64,000 nucleotides of DNA, taken from positions 114,824,001-114,888,000 of the forward strand of contig OX597821.1 in NCBI GenBank assembly GCA_951406725.2, given 5' to 3'. Below, one piece after another: positions 37,821 through 50,387 of the stretch. Both the position numbers and the translations under genes were made by a program. The notes below the pieces were generated by a model. The model was given only the letters and a program-made list of their open reading frames with translations. It had not been told where the DNA came from and searched no databases. The number at the start of each line of letters is the position of its first letter. Positions within the stretch are counted from its first letter, which is position 1. The DNA comes from Octopus vulgaris (Eukaryota).

Positions 37821-38580
37821 GCAGTGAATATATTGTTGTCTAAATTATGCAAAAATGAAAATAACACTGACATCGTGCTTTAACATATATTTACCAAAAT
37901 TACAAAAAAAATATCTTGAAATACTAAAGAGTAAATTTGTTCAATAAAATCGCCATTGACTTCAACCACAAGCTCCAGACGACTTTGGAATCTCCTGCAA
38001 CTCTTCTGGACGGTCTCCTTGTTTACGTTGGTGAATGTTGCGATGATCCTTGCCTTCAATTCATTTTTGGTGTTACAGAGAGTTTTGATGGTCTCTTGCT
38101 CAACTGCACCCCACACATAATAATCGAGGATATTGCAGTCTGGGGAGTTGGGTGGCCAGATGTTAGGGGTGGTGTGGTCACAGAAATTGTCTGACAGCCA
38201 TGACTGGGTTCTCCTACTTGTATGATATGATGCAGAGTCCTGCTGCCAGATATGGGGTGTTCCAGCAGCCAACCTCTTCACCCAAGGCAGCAAGTAGCAC
38301 TACCTCCTCCAGACACTTGATGTAGGCCTCCGTGTTGAGTTTGAGGCCGTGTGGGAAGATGAATGGAGGCATAACATCGCCATCACTAGTGATCACTCCA
38401 AAGAAAATTTTCTCGTCTGAGAAACACCAAAGCATGTTAGGTTGGAGGGGATGCCTAAGTATTCTCAAAAGCTTCGTAGCATGGTCCTTCCTCTTGTCCT
38501 TGATGGCTTGGAATAAAAATTGGCCCTTTCTCATTTTGTATGAGGAATACTAAACGTCTTCATGCGCTACCTGCCTGAAA
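37815..38580 (-). mobile_element. Tc1/mariner-superfamily transposase relic
   Basis: Broken ORFs with FSDEK, WQQDSASYHTS and WPPNSPDCNILDYYVWG (catalytic D...D motifs; spacing resembles DD37D/maT). Confidence 0.85.
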
Positions 38581-40006
38581 TATCAATCAACAAATTAACT
38601 ACCCATCAAAACAAGTGCTTAATTCATTACATAACAGATAAAAATCATTTTGCGGATCTTCTACCCATTTAAATCCTTTAAGGTTCTTCATAATATAATT
38701 AATTTCTAATAAACAATATAGTGACAGTTCAATTTTTGTCAAATTGTTCCTTCTAGCACTAATTTATAAGGCAAATTATTATGCTACCTTAGTACAGATA
38801 TAACCCTGCAGCCCAAGGTCCCTAATTCTCCCACCTCTTGCCACTGCCATACTCCATCCACTTTTTCTTATTCAATTACCTAATTCATTGACCTCCTGTA
38901 CAGGTGCCCCCATATTGGTCATATTTTCTCCCTGCAACTACTAACCCCGACAATTTAAATTAAAGATTACCTGCACTAAACCCCGACAATTTAAATTAAA
39001 GATCACCTGCACTGAATTAAGCCAGAAATAGACACCACCACCCCCAACACACACACATCCACCAGTCAATAACCTGTCCCTCACCCCATGGCACCCTACA
39101 AAAGAAAGTTATGTCTCTTACGTAACCTGTTAACTTACAACTGAAATAACTATGGTTAGTGTGATGGTCTAAAAAAAAGGGTCAGAAAAACCTCAAAAAT
39201 TATTAATTAGTGAACGAAAGTATTTGCCTAAACAGATTAATCTGAAAATGTACTTCTATTCTTTTATCTGTTTCAGTCATTTAACTGTGACCATGCTGGA
39301 GCACTGCCTTTAGTCAAACAAATCGACCCCAGGACTTATTCTTTGTAAGCCTAGTACTTATTCTATTGGTTTCTGTTGCTGAACCACTAAGTTATGGGGA
39401 TGTAAACACACCGACATCAGTTGTCAAGCAATGGTGGCGGGGACAGACACACACACACACACACATATATATATACAACAGGCTTCTTTCAGTTTCCATC
39501 TACCAAATCCACTCACAAGGCTTTGGTTGGCCTGAGGCTAAAGTAGAGGACACTTGCCCAAGGTACCACACAGTGGGACTGAACCCGGAACTATGTGGTT
39601 GGGAAGCAAGCTTCTTACCACAGAGCCACGTCTGCGCTTAAAACTTACTTAAAACTAAATCATAAAAGGCACACACATACACACACACATGCATGCATGT
39701 GTACACACACACATGCGCACACACAATTACTTTCCTGGAGAGAATACAATTTCTGTGATTCGGAATCATTAGACTAATTGGTAAAAAGTAAAAATTAATG
39801 GTCTGAAACTTGCACCAAGTGTGCTTCGAATACTTTTTATGAATAAAAAGGGAACAGGAAGGGCAGTATGGTTAAGAGGTTCACTCCCCAACCAAATGGT
39901 TTGGAGTTCAGTCCTCCCACTATCTGACACCTTGGGCAAGTGTCTTCTACTGTAGCCTCAGGCTTGTGAGTAAATTTGTAGACAGAAACTGAGACAGAGA
40001 CCCTCG

Positions 40007-40054
<48 letters not shown>

Positions 40055-40375
40055 TTTATATATACATATATGTACATACACATATATACATACATATATA
40101 CATACATACATATATATATATATACATACATATATACATACATACACATACATACATATATACATATATATATATACATACACACACATACATACATATA
40201 TACATATATATATATATACATACACATACATATATATACATACATACATATATATATATACATACATACATACACATACATACCTATACATACATACACA
40301 CTTATACATACATACATATACATATATACATACACACATATATACATATATACATATATATATATACACACACAC
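40007..40375. repeat. Compound (TA)n/(TACA)n microsatellite
   Basis: Direct inspection. Confidence 0.95.
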
Positions 40376-40855
40376 AAAATTTAGAGGAATGACCACTAAT
40401 AAAATGGACAGCCTATATGCTAGATATAGACGTCAAAATCGCCATTTTCGACAAAGAATGTGTTCCCAAGAAAAAATTCAGCAAAAAACCAAAGTGTAAA
40501 AATAAGCAAGACAAATGAAAATATATGAAAATTTAAAAAATGATTACCTAAGTACTAATTAGTTTCACTTGTTAATATTTACGTATATGGATACACAAAC
40601 GACAGACTATGCTGATGATCTTGCAGATGTTTGTGTATCCATATACGTAAATATTAACAAGTGAAACCAATTAGTACATAGGTAATCGTTTTTTTAATTT
40701 TCGTATATTTTTATTTGTCTTGCTTATTTTACACTTTGGTCTTTTGCTGAATTTTTTTCTTGAGAACACATTCTTCATGGAAAATGGTGATTTTGACGTC
40801 TATATCTAGCATATAAGCTGTCCATTTTTTTAGTGATCAGTCCTCTAAATTTTGT
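40374..40855. repeat. Long near-perfect inverted repeat (~227-bp arms, 28-nt spacer)
   Basis: 40374-40600 is the reverse complement of 40629-40855 with scattered mismatches. Confidence 0.95.
40607..40681 (+). ncRNA. Type I hammerhead motif with long loop II
   Basis: ctatg CTGATGA t-cttg-(34 nt)-caag-t GAAAC caatta GTA catag. Perfect 5-bp stem I; the inverted arm shows palindromic ACTAATTAGT stem III. Confidence 0.7.
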
Positions 40856-41939
40856 ATATAAAAAAATTTTTAATCTTCAGATTTTTTTAAAACATGCTAG
40901 GCCACTGGTTTTAATTGATTAATATCAATTTCTACCCTTATTTAATTTTATATATATATGTATATATATATATATACACACACACACAGAGTAGTAGCTC
41001 ATTTTACAAACGCCTCTGATTATGAATAAATTATGCTTTATATATATATGAATGATATTTTCCACATGAACTACGAAGAAAAAATGAGAAAGATATGATA
41101 TATAAATTTTTTGTGCAAGGGTTCCTTGAGACATGTAATTTATTTTAAGGGTTATGCAAGGGTAATAGGGTTGAGAAACACTGCTCTAAATATTCAGGTT
41201 ATGTGGGCATGTGACAGTGGTTGATTTTATGTATGCTCTTTGTGGTAAAGGAGACAGTCTACGAGTGTCAGATAGTCAGTAATCTGTAAAGTAGGTAATG
41301 CCAGTTAATGACCTTCCATGTGACAAAGTAACCTGTCTGGCACTTATCAGTTTGTATGTTAACATAGATGCATTGTGTAATGTTACCCACATGATGTCAT
41401 GTCTGGATGATTGTACATCGAAGAGAAATAATCTCATTGTGGAAAAACAAATATTATTTGCCCTGCAATTATGTAGGAACCATCTAAAGCTAACAATGGC
41501 CAAGTATTTCAAGTGTATGAACAGAGCATGTCTTTTCTGTTAACAATAGGACAGATTAGGTTTCCTGTTGATGGCTGCTGCAGTATATCCAGTTTCTCAC
41601 AGGGACAGAGTTGACAATTACAAATTCCATGTGAATAAGGAAGGATTCTGACAAAAATGCTTCATGTGTTGTTTGGACAGTTGAATCCTTGATCCCAGAA
41701 TTTTCAGACAAAGCACCAGTGGAATTTTCCTTATGCCCAGAAGGAGCACATGTGTTGTGCAAAACTTTTTTGTAATTATTGGTTGTTATGACAGTGTAGC
41801 ATCTCATAATGCTGTGAGGGTAGCTTCATAGATCACAGCCTTTGGGAAGCAGGATTCTTCTGACAGGTAGTTGGTGGGTTTCAGCAGTTACCAGTTGGGG
41901 TTGAGACTTGTGAAGGTATGTTTGTTGATGCAAGTAGTA

Positions 41940-42350
41940 TTAGAAGCAGTATTATCTAAACATGAATAACTAACCTTGACACTATGGGCATTAAATCGTT
42001 TATGATTCATTCCTATGGGAAATGCTATTTCATTAGTAACAGGAAACTTCTAGCTATATTAGTAGTTACATCCAGATCAAATGAAAGATTGTACTAAATT
42101 ACCTTTCTAACTCTCTTCGGGTTTGGGGGCAGAAGTGAAAGTCTGCCATATATGCAAGCTTATCAGCAAAGCCACTCTTTTTAGTGCCTTGTTATAATCA
42201 TAACATCAGTCTATGAAAGCAGTTGCTCCGAGGAGGAGGCGGAGTGAAGATGGCAAGTTTTGAAGGATACTGTCCAGAATAGTAGTTATAAAAGAAACAG
42301 AGAGGCAACACCCCAGGATGATGGCCTACAGACTGAAGAATTCAAATCTA
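41940..42350 (-). mobile_element. Decayed Penelope-like retroelement ORF (RT thumb/linker region)
   Basis: Hand translation with stops and frameshifts: LDSILQNLPSS..DYNKALK/SGFADKLAY..PKRVRKVI*YNLSFDLDVTTNIARSFLLLMK*HFP../HKRFNAHSVKVSYSCLDN. Resembles the PLE pattern RKIIWFNPP..TNIG..FL..HFP..FN..VK.SYSC. Confidence 0.7.
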
Positions 42351-44524
42351 GGAAGGGTTACTGAGCAAGCACGTGGCTTTCTTCTGAAAGACGGGGAATC
42401 TACAGTAAAGAAATTATCACCAGTCAGCTGAGTTGATGACAACATCTTATGAACAATAATCATCTGATCTCTTGCACCTGACATCTCAATGCCACTGAAG
42501 TTTTACTTTATAAATAGATAAAGGTTTAACTTGTAAATACTTGTTACAGCTTGAACTCATCACATTTTAATTGTCTGCCTATTGATATTTTCAATAAATG
42601 GACACCAAACAGGACAGACTAGTTATTAATACATCTTGTTTTTAAATAGAGTCCAAATTTTGTTTACCTTTCCAAACTGTAAGACAGAATTCAACCAATG
42701 ACAAGATACAAAAGATTCCAACAGAAGTCAGTCTACGTAGAACAACAACTATTGGTATACTTCCATGTGGTTGTGCGGTATGAAGTTTTGCTTCCCAACC
42801 CCATGGTTCTGGGTTCAGTACCACTGCAAAACACTTCAGACCAGTGTCTTCTATTATAGCCTTGGTCCAGCCAAAGCCTTGTGAGTAGATTTGGTAAACA
42901 GAAACTGAAAGAAGCCCATCATGTATGTATCTATGTGTGTTGGTGCATTTATGACCCCCATAACTTAGAAATTTGGCAAAAGAAACCGATAGAAATATCA
43001 GGCTTAAAACAAAAAAGAAGTACTAAAATTCTTCAGTGATGCCCCAGAATGGCCACAGTCTAATGACTGAAACAAGTCATAAACAAAAGATTCAAGATTC
43101 AAGATAAAGAAACTTCTGGTTTTGGAATTGTGAGTTACGAAAACTAGTTCAACGAAATATAAGGATTACTCTTCCGAAAAATGGGGCATCCTACAACTAA
43201 ATAAATAAAAAGAAACCAAATCAATATTTTTAATTTTAGTGAATCACTGATATTTGATGATAATCAATAAAAAAATTGATTTTGCAATAAAATGATTAAA
43301 GAATCTTGCAATAAAAGGAACCATCCATCAAAACAACATATCTTGTTTTAATAACGCTGTTTGCTCCGACAAGAGGCTCTGCTGCAATAACAACAATCAG
43401 TGTGAAATAAGACCACCTTCACCTTTCAACAGCTTCAGACAACTTCATTGCAGTGATACTTTTAACAGTATCTGGTCTGTGTCAAAGTCAAGACATATTT
43501 AACAGAAGCTAACGTACAATTACGTAAAAGTCAATAAACTGCAATTTTCTGACAGCCTTCACGTAACTCATTTATCAATACTTCTACAAAAAAAAAGAGA
43601 CTTAATCTAAAGAATAATCTTCCTGTGGCTAGATTTAACCGTAGACAAATTTAAGACAGACATGGCACTCATGCAACTGTTTAGGACATTTTACATATGA
43701 TATGCATAACAATATAAACACTATTACTTCATGTTAACATTTTGTTGCATAATCTTAAGAGTCTGACTAATAAATTTTTATGACTTGTTTAGTGTGATAT
43801 ATATATACTCTCTACCATATATTCTGCACTATAAACACTATGCTCGACTGGCCAGTGCTGCCTTGACTGGCCTCCGTGCCAGTGGCACGTAAAAAGGGCT
43901 GTTGCCTGCTCCGCCTCAACTGGCCTCTATGCCAGTGGCACGTAAAAAGCACCCACTATACTCACGGAGTGGTTGGCATTAGGAAGGGCATCCAGCTGTA
44001 GAAACACTGCCAGATCAGATTGGAGCCTGGTGCAACCTCCTGGCTTCCTAGACCCCAGTCAAACCGTCCAACCCATGCTAGCATGGAAAGCGGATGTTAA
44101 CCGATGATGATGATGATATACATATATATATGCATACACAAACACACTATCATCATCATTATTTAATGTCTGTTGTCCATGTTGGCATGGGTTTAATGGT
44201 TTGACCAGAACTAGCAAGCTGGGGAGCTGCACTAGACTCCAGTTGGATTTGGCATGGTTTTCTACAGCCAGATGCCTATCCTAATACCAACCACTTTACA
44301 GAGTGTGCTTAATGCTTATACAATGCACCACATATGTGCTTAAGTTCAGCATCCCCAGGTTGTTCTTCAGTACCTCATATCACTTCATCTCATGTACAAC
44401 AGCACTTATCTCCCATTGTGTGCTTACATATTTTTCTCTTGTTGGTGATGTCCTGTTCTTAATGTGTATGTTTTCATTTATTTAATAACTGAATGCCACA
44501 CAACCTTTGTCAACAGTAAGTCTT

Positions 44525-44558
<34 letters not shown>

Positions 44559-46640
44559 GTAGGAGTGGTTGTGTGGCAAGTAGCTCGCTTACCTACCCCA
44601 TGGTTTCAGGTTCAGTCCCACTACGTGGTACCTTGGGCAAGTGTATCTATTATAGCCTCGAGTCCACAATGGCCCAGTGGTTAGGGCAGCGGACTTGCAG
44701 TCATAGGATCACAGTTTCGATTCCCAGAGCGGGCATTGTGAGTGTTTATTGACCAAAAACACCTAAAGCTCCACAAGACTCTGGCAGGGGATGGTGGTGA
44801 ACCCTGCTGTATTCTTTCACCACAGCTTTCTCTCACTCTTTCTTCCTGTTTCCATTGTACCTGTATTTCAAAGGGCCAGCCTTGTCACACTCTGTGTCAT
44901 GCTGAATCTCCCCAAGAACTACGTTAAGGGTACATGTGTCTGTAGAGTGCTCGGCCACTTGCACATTAATTTCACGAGCAGGCTGTTCCGTTGATCGGAT
45001 GAACTGGAATCCTCGTCATCATAACCAACAGAGTTCCACAATATATACACACATACACACACTGTACTATACACACTGTACAATATATACTGTACGTATA
45101 TGGCACATTATACATAGTACAGTGTATACAATACAGTATATACAATATATATGCATATATAATATATATATTTCTGTGCGTGATCATTACCATGGCTGCT
45201 GACTGGCTCCCGTGCCGGTGGCACGTAAAAGGCACCATTTGAGCATGATCATTGCCAGTGTCGCCTTATTAGCATATGAAAAACAACATTTGAGCATGGT
45301 CGTAGCCAGTTCCGCCTTTGACTCCCGTGCAGGTGACATGTAAAAAAAACACCTTTGAGCGTGGTCGTTGCCAGTACCGCCTGACTGGCCCCCGTGCCGG
45401 TGGTGCATAAAAAGCACCCACTACACTCTCGGAGTGGTTGGCATTAGGAAGGGCATCCAGCTGTAGAAACACTGCCAGATCAGACTGGAGCCTGGTGCAG
45501 CCTCCTGGCTTCCCAGACCCCTGTCGAACCGTCCAACCCATGCTAGCATGGAAAACTGATGATGATGATGTTGAAATCCACTGTCTTTGTTTCTATTAAT
45601 TTAGAAAATAATGAGGAATTTAGTAAAAGAAGTTTGTCATCATTAATCAGATGTTTCAAACATAACATAGCATAAAATTTTCGTGAAAGGCTTTTATTTA
45701 AATCATCTTTTAAAACCTGAAATTTGAATCATAGAACTGAGAAGGGGAGGGGGAGTCTTGGTTCAACTGTCATTCTATTCTATTCTACCTGCAGTGGATT
45801 TGAACCCTATGAATAAGAAGTTGTCTTCTATCATATCTACTACTACATATTTCACAAGAGAGAGAAATAGAGAGAGAGAGAGAGAGAGTGTGTGTGTCTC
45901 CTCGCAGTTAATAGCTCACAATCTACTGCTCACCACATTTACTATACTAGTGCTTACTTCACTCACTCTCAGCTTGTTCCTTAAGATCAAATTACACACA
46001 CACACACACACACACAGAATAGATCACAAATATATCTATGAAAGCTACAAAACATATAAACAAAGAAAAATAACTATTTTGATTCTGAGAATTCAAAAAT
46101 GAAAAACAAAACGGGGCCAGGAATATATCTGAAAATACTTGAGAAAAGACAAAATTGGGGGGACATGTTTAAAGATGGAAGGGGTGGGGTGTTTTATTTA
46201 AAAAAAAAAAACAAAAAATAAAAATAAACAAAAAGAAATATTAGAGAGAAGACAAAAAAAAAATCCTGTAATAAATCAATAAATATGGGTGGGCTAAAAT
46301 AGAAGTGTTGGCAATCGTATCGGCAATTGCTACAAGTCAGTAGTGAGCTAGTTAATCTAGTACGCTAACAGGGAAGGTTTTCAATATGACAACAGCTGTT
46401 CATTCAACTTTCATGCAACCAAAATAAGCTTTCTTCTTACTACAGCAGACATTTTGTAAGCAACTCAAACAAAGAAGGAATATCAAATGTACGCATTGCT
46501 GTTGGTGTTGTTGGTTCAAATGTTTCGTACTTGTGAAGGCATCACTGAGAAAATAAGCTTGCAGACATCATGACAATTTCAGAAATTTCCTCCAAAGACA
46601 CGCAGTGGAGAGTGTCATAGTCTGGTTCAAACGGCGACAC

Positions 46641-47010
46641 CTTACTTACTTGTGGTGACATTCACCCCGGGCGGGTTGAGTCGGCTTCTTCTACTCATGG
46701 AAGAAGTTTCGTAGGAATACGTAGATTTCACAAGCAGTCCCCAACAATCCAGCATGTGGAGACATCCTGTTTGCCACGGATTGTCCGCAGACGCAGGGAC
46801 AGAAACGACCGAGGAGCCACCGGTTGCCGAAACAGACACTCCGAGGATTTTCACCAGAGCCCCGTCTGCCGGGTTGTGGCCCTAATACCACTCGGTGTCA
46901 GACCAATCCGCCTTGGGTGGCCCTACCAGGAACCGAAGTTCCCGACAGCATAGCTCTGACACTACCCGTTGCCAGCGTCCCCACCACGGTGAGGAGGGGA
47001 TGGACTTTGG
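46641..47010 (-). mobile_element. Short non-autonomous RTE derivative (5' UTR fused to 3' tail)
   Basis: Minus strand has GAGCTATGC...GGTAGGGCCACCCAAGGCGGA, resembling the conserved RTE/BovB 5' motif, and ends in a (TAAG)n tail; CpG-rich. Confidence 0.65.
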
Positions 47011-48894
47011 GGACGCTGACACCATGAATGGCTGAATAGAAACGGCAGCAAATAATTGGAAGCTTGTCTCTTCACAGGTGAAGCAGTTGTGGCCAAGAAG
47101 CGCAGACACCTGATGTAGTTCACGTTGCTGAATACTGAGGCTATCTATTATTATTTCACTTGCTTCAGTCATTGGACCGTGGCCATGCTGGGGCACCACT
47201 TTCAAAGGGTTTTCGCCAAACACGTCGACCCCTGTACTTATGTTTCACTCTCTGCTTTTTAAGCCTGGTACTTATTCTAGCAGTCTCTTCTACTGAACTG
47301 CTGTTACAGGGACATAAACAAACTAACACTGGTTGTCAAATTGGGGGAAGGACTAACAGACACTGTTACACAGACATTATAGATATATATAACGTATTGT
47401 AACATCTATAAGGAACCCTTTTTTGTCGAAAATTAGGTTAAAAAATATGGGAGTTTCTTATACATGGACAGTATTATAGATATAAATAAATTAATTCCTT
47501 GTACCTCAAATCTCCAAATTAGGAATTACCTTATACACGTTAAAGTACGGTATATATAACATATACACGCATGTATACACATTAATTTCACGAGCAGGCT
47601 GTTCCATTGACGGGATCAATGGAACCCTTGTCATAACAAATTGCGTACCAGTTAACTACACAGTGTTGTTGGTATTTAAAATGGTGGCTACTACAGAGCA
47701 TTGGAGCCTTATTTTACAGACAAGTTTGACAGTGGTTATAGTAACTGTTGATTCTTCAACCTAAAGTTTGAAACTATCAATTTGACAAATTAAAAACCCT
47801 ATTCATGACTATATATAGCTTTACATCCACAAAGATAAATTTATAAAGTATCTCAAAAAACCTTTTCTTTTTTTTTTTTTTTGAGAAAGAAATTAAAAGT
47901 ACAGTATATGATAGATAAATATTTAATCTGATTGCCAGTAAGCATTCAATGTTTGAATTTAAAACATTTCAAAATGATTACTTCATGATAAAAAGCATTT
48001 CAACTGTTTCAAATTATCATCATCATCATTTAATGTCCATCATCCATGTTGAGATGGGTTGGACAGGACCCAATGCATTGGCATAGTTTCTCTGGCTGGA
48101 GGCCCTTCCCAAAACCAACCACTTTATAGTATGTACTGGGTGCTTTTTTCTTGCCACCAGCACTAATGAGGTTGCCATGTAGTTTGTAAGAGTAAGAACC
48201 CCTTTGACTGAGAGGGGCCACAGCAAAAGGGAGGCGGTTTTATGCAATAGAATGAGAAAGAATGGTCCAGAACAGAACAGGTTAATCCCTAACTGTTCTA
48301 CAATCAATGAAGAAAATTCAAAGGGTTCATTTGGTATAATGGTTAGAACATACATCATCATCATCATCATCATCATTTAGCATCCGTTGTCCATGCTGGT
48401 TGGTAAACTGAGGGGCTGCACAAGGCTCCAGTCTAATTTGGCATGGTTTTCTACAGCTGGGCGTCCTTCCTAACACCAACCACTCCAAGAGTGTAATGGG
48501 TGTTTTTACATGCCACCGGCACAGGTGCCAGCTGCATGACACCAGTATCTGCCTTGACTGTGATTCATGTTCACAAAAGGTGTACATATCAGTGCCATGG
48601 CTAGTGTTTCACTTTTTTTTATCCAAAGGATTTTTTTTTTTTACCCAATATTCTACATGCAATAATTTATAGCTTTATCTACTTCAAGCCGCACCATTAA
48701 AAATGTTTTGCTTCATATCTTCCAAAGTTTCTGAAATCTTCTGACATAAACAACAACAAACACTCAGATACCAAAGAAATGGGGGCAACTGGTAGAGTCA
48801 CCGAAATAATCTTGATTCTCATTAAACAAGCTATTAAATATTCATATCAGCTGTTTTTCGCGTGTGTGTGTGCATATATCTGTATGTATGTATG

Positions 48895-48930
<36 letters not shown>

Positions 48931-49384
48931 CTGTTTATATTCAAAAAGATAACGAAACTGAAGACCATTAATTTCATTTCTTATTACTCAACGACAAAGT
49001 TATCTAACGAAGCAAACTTAGATAATTACACTACTGTTCATTACTATTACCACTCGCCCCCCCACCTCGTACACTTTGTATCAGCCCATCTCTCTATTGT
49101 TTCTGTCGTGTGGGTGTTGAGCATTGACAGAGTCTCTTCTTTGAAGTCATTAATCCCCCATTCTGCTGCACAGTGCAACGCCAAGGGTTCCCCACTCACC
49201 ACCACTGAGAGAAGAGAGAGAGAGAGAGAGAGAGGATGAGAGAGGGAGAGAGAGAGAGCACAAGAGAGAGTAGATGAATTTCAACCAAATGCCAAATTAA
49301 CTGACCTAGTATAAGCAACAGGCAATATAGCAAGCAGAATAACTGACCTATATAGAGGAGAGAGGGAGAGAGAATTATATTTAA

Positions 49385-49605
49385 CCCTTTAGTGTTCAGA
49401 TTATTCTGTTAAATGTAATACTTTTTCACTCAAATTGTTTTGAATTAATCATGCATTATCTTATAGCTTTGAGGTTTCAATGATGTGAATGTTTATTTTT
49501 AGAATGTCACTGTAGGTTAGGTGTGAGAGGCTGGATATCGCCAGTTTGAATATAAAACATGTATAATATATTGGGCCGGATGTGGCCGGTTTAAACACTA
49601 AAGGG
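49385..49605. mobile_element. TTAA-flanked MITE (piggyBac-like termini)
   Basis: TTAA|CCCTTTAGTGTT...AACACTAAAGGG|TTAA. Confidence 0.8.
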
Positions 49606-50074
49606 TTAAAACCCTGAAGCTTATACATACATTCATACAAGCGTGGCTGTGTTGTGAGGAGTTTGCTTCCCAACCACATGGCTCTGGGTTCAGTCCCACT
49701 GCATGGCACCAAGGGTAAGCAACTACTATAGCCCTGGGCCGACCAAAGCCTTGTAAGTGGATATAGTAGACAGAAACTGAAAAAGCTTGTTGTGTCTGTG
49801 TGTGTGTGCATGCGTGCGTGTGTGTGTGTGTGTGCATGTGTGTGTGTGTGTTTGTCCCCTACAACCGCTTGGCAGCCTGTGTTGGTGTATTTACATCCCC
49901 ATAACTTAGCAGGTTGGCAAAACAGGTCGATAGAATAAGTGTCAATCGTAAAAAAAGAGAGTACAGTGGTTTAGTCATTTGGCAAACAATTCTTCAAAAT
50001 TCTCCAAAATATATTGGATCAAAATATAATGAAAAGTTGTCCCAGCATGGCCACAGTCAAATGACTGAAATAAG

Positions 50075-50127
<53 letters not shown>

Positions 50128-50333
50128 TCATCATTTAGCGTCCGTTTTCCATGCTAGCATGGGTTGGATGGTTCAACTGGGGTCTGTGAAGCCGGAAGGC
50201 TTCATCAGGCCCAGTCAGATCTGGCATTGTTTCTACGGCTGGATGCCCTTCCTAACGCCAATATGTCTATACATATATATATACGGCTGGATGCCCTTCC
50301 TAACGCCTATATGTCTATACATATATATACGAA

Positions 50334-50387
50334 ATTTGCTGATGAAAGTTGAGGCATTTCTCCAGAACTAGAAATCACAATTCAAGT
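50334..50387 (+). ncRNA. Type I hammerhead motif
   Basis: atttg CTGATGA a-agtt-(15 nt)-aact-a GAAAT caca ATT caagt; stems I and II pair. Confidence 0.55.

Noticed and set aside
38941-39015. 36-bp tandem duplication (also a 20-bp one at ~4281-4321)
   Set aside because: Ordinary slippage duplications with no sign of function.
40602-40626. The palindrome spacer translates as TDYADDLA, like an RT YADD motif
   Set aside because: There is no flanking RT sequence; the same bases are better explained as hammerhead stem I plus CUGAUGA.
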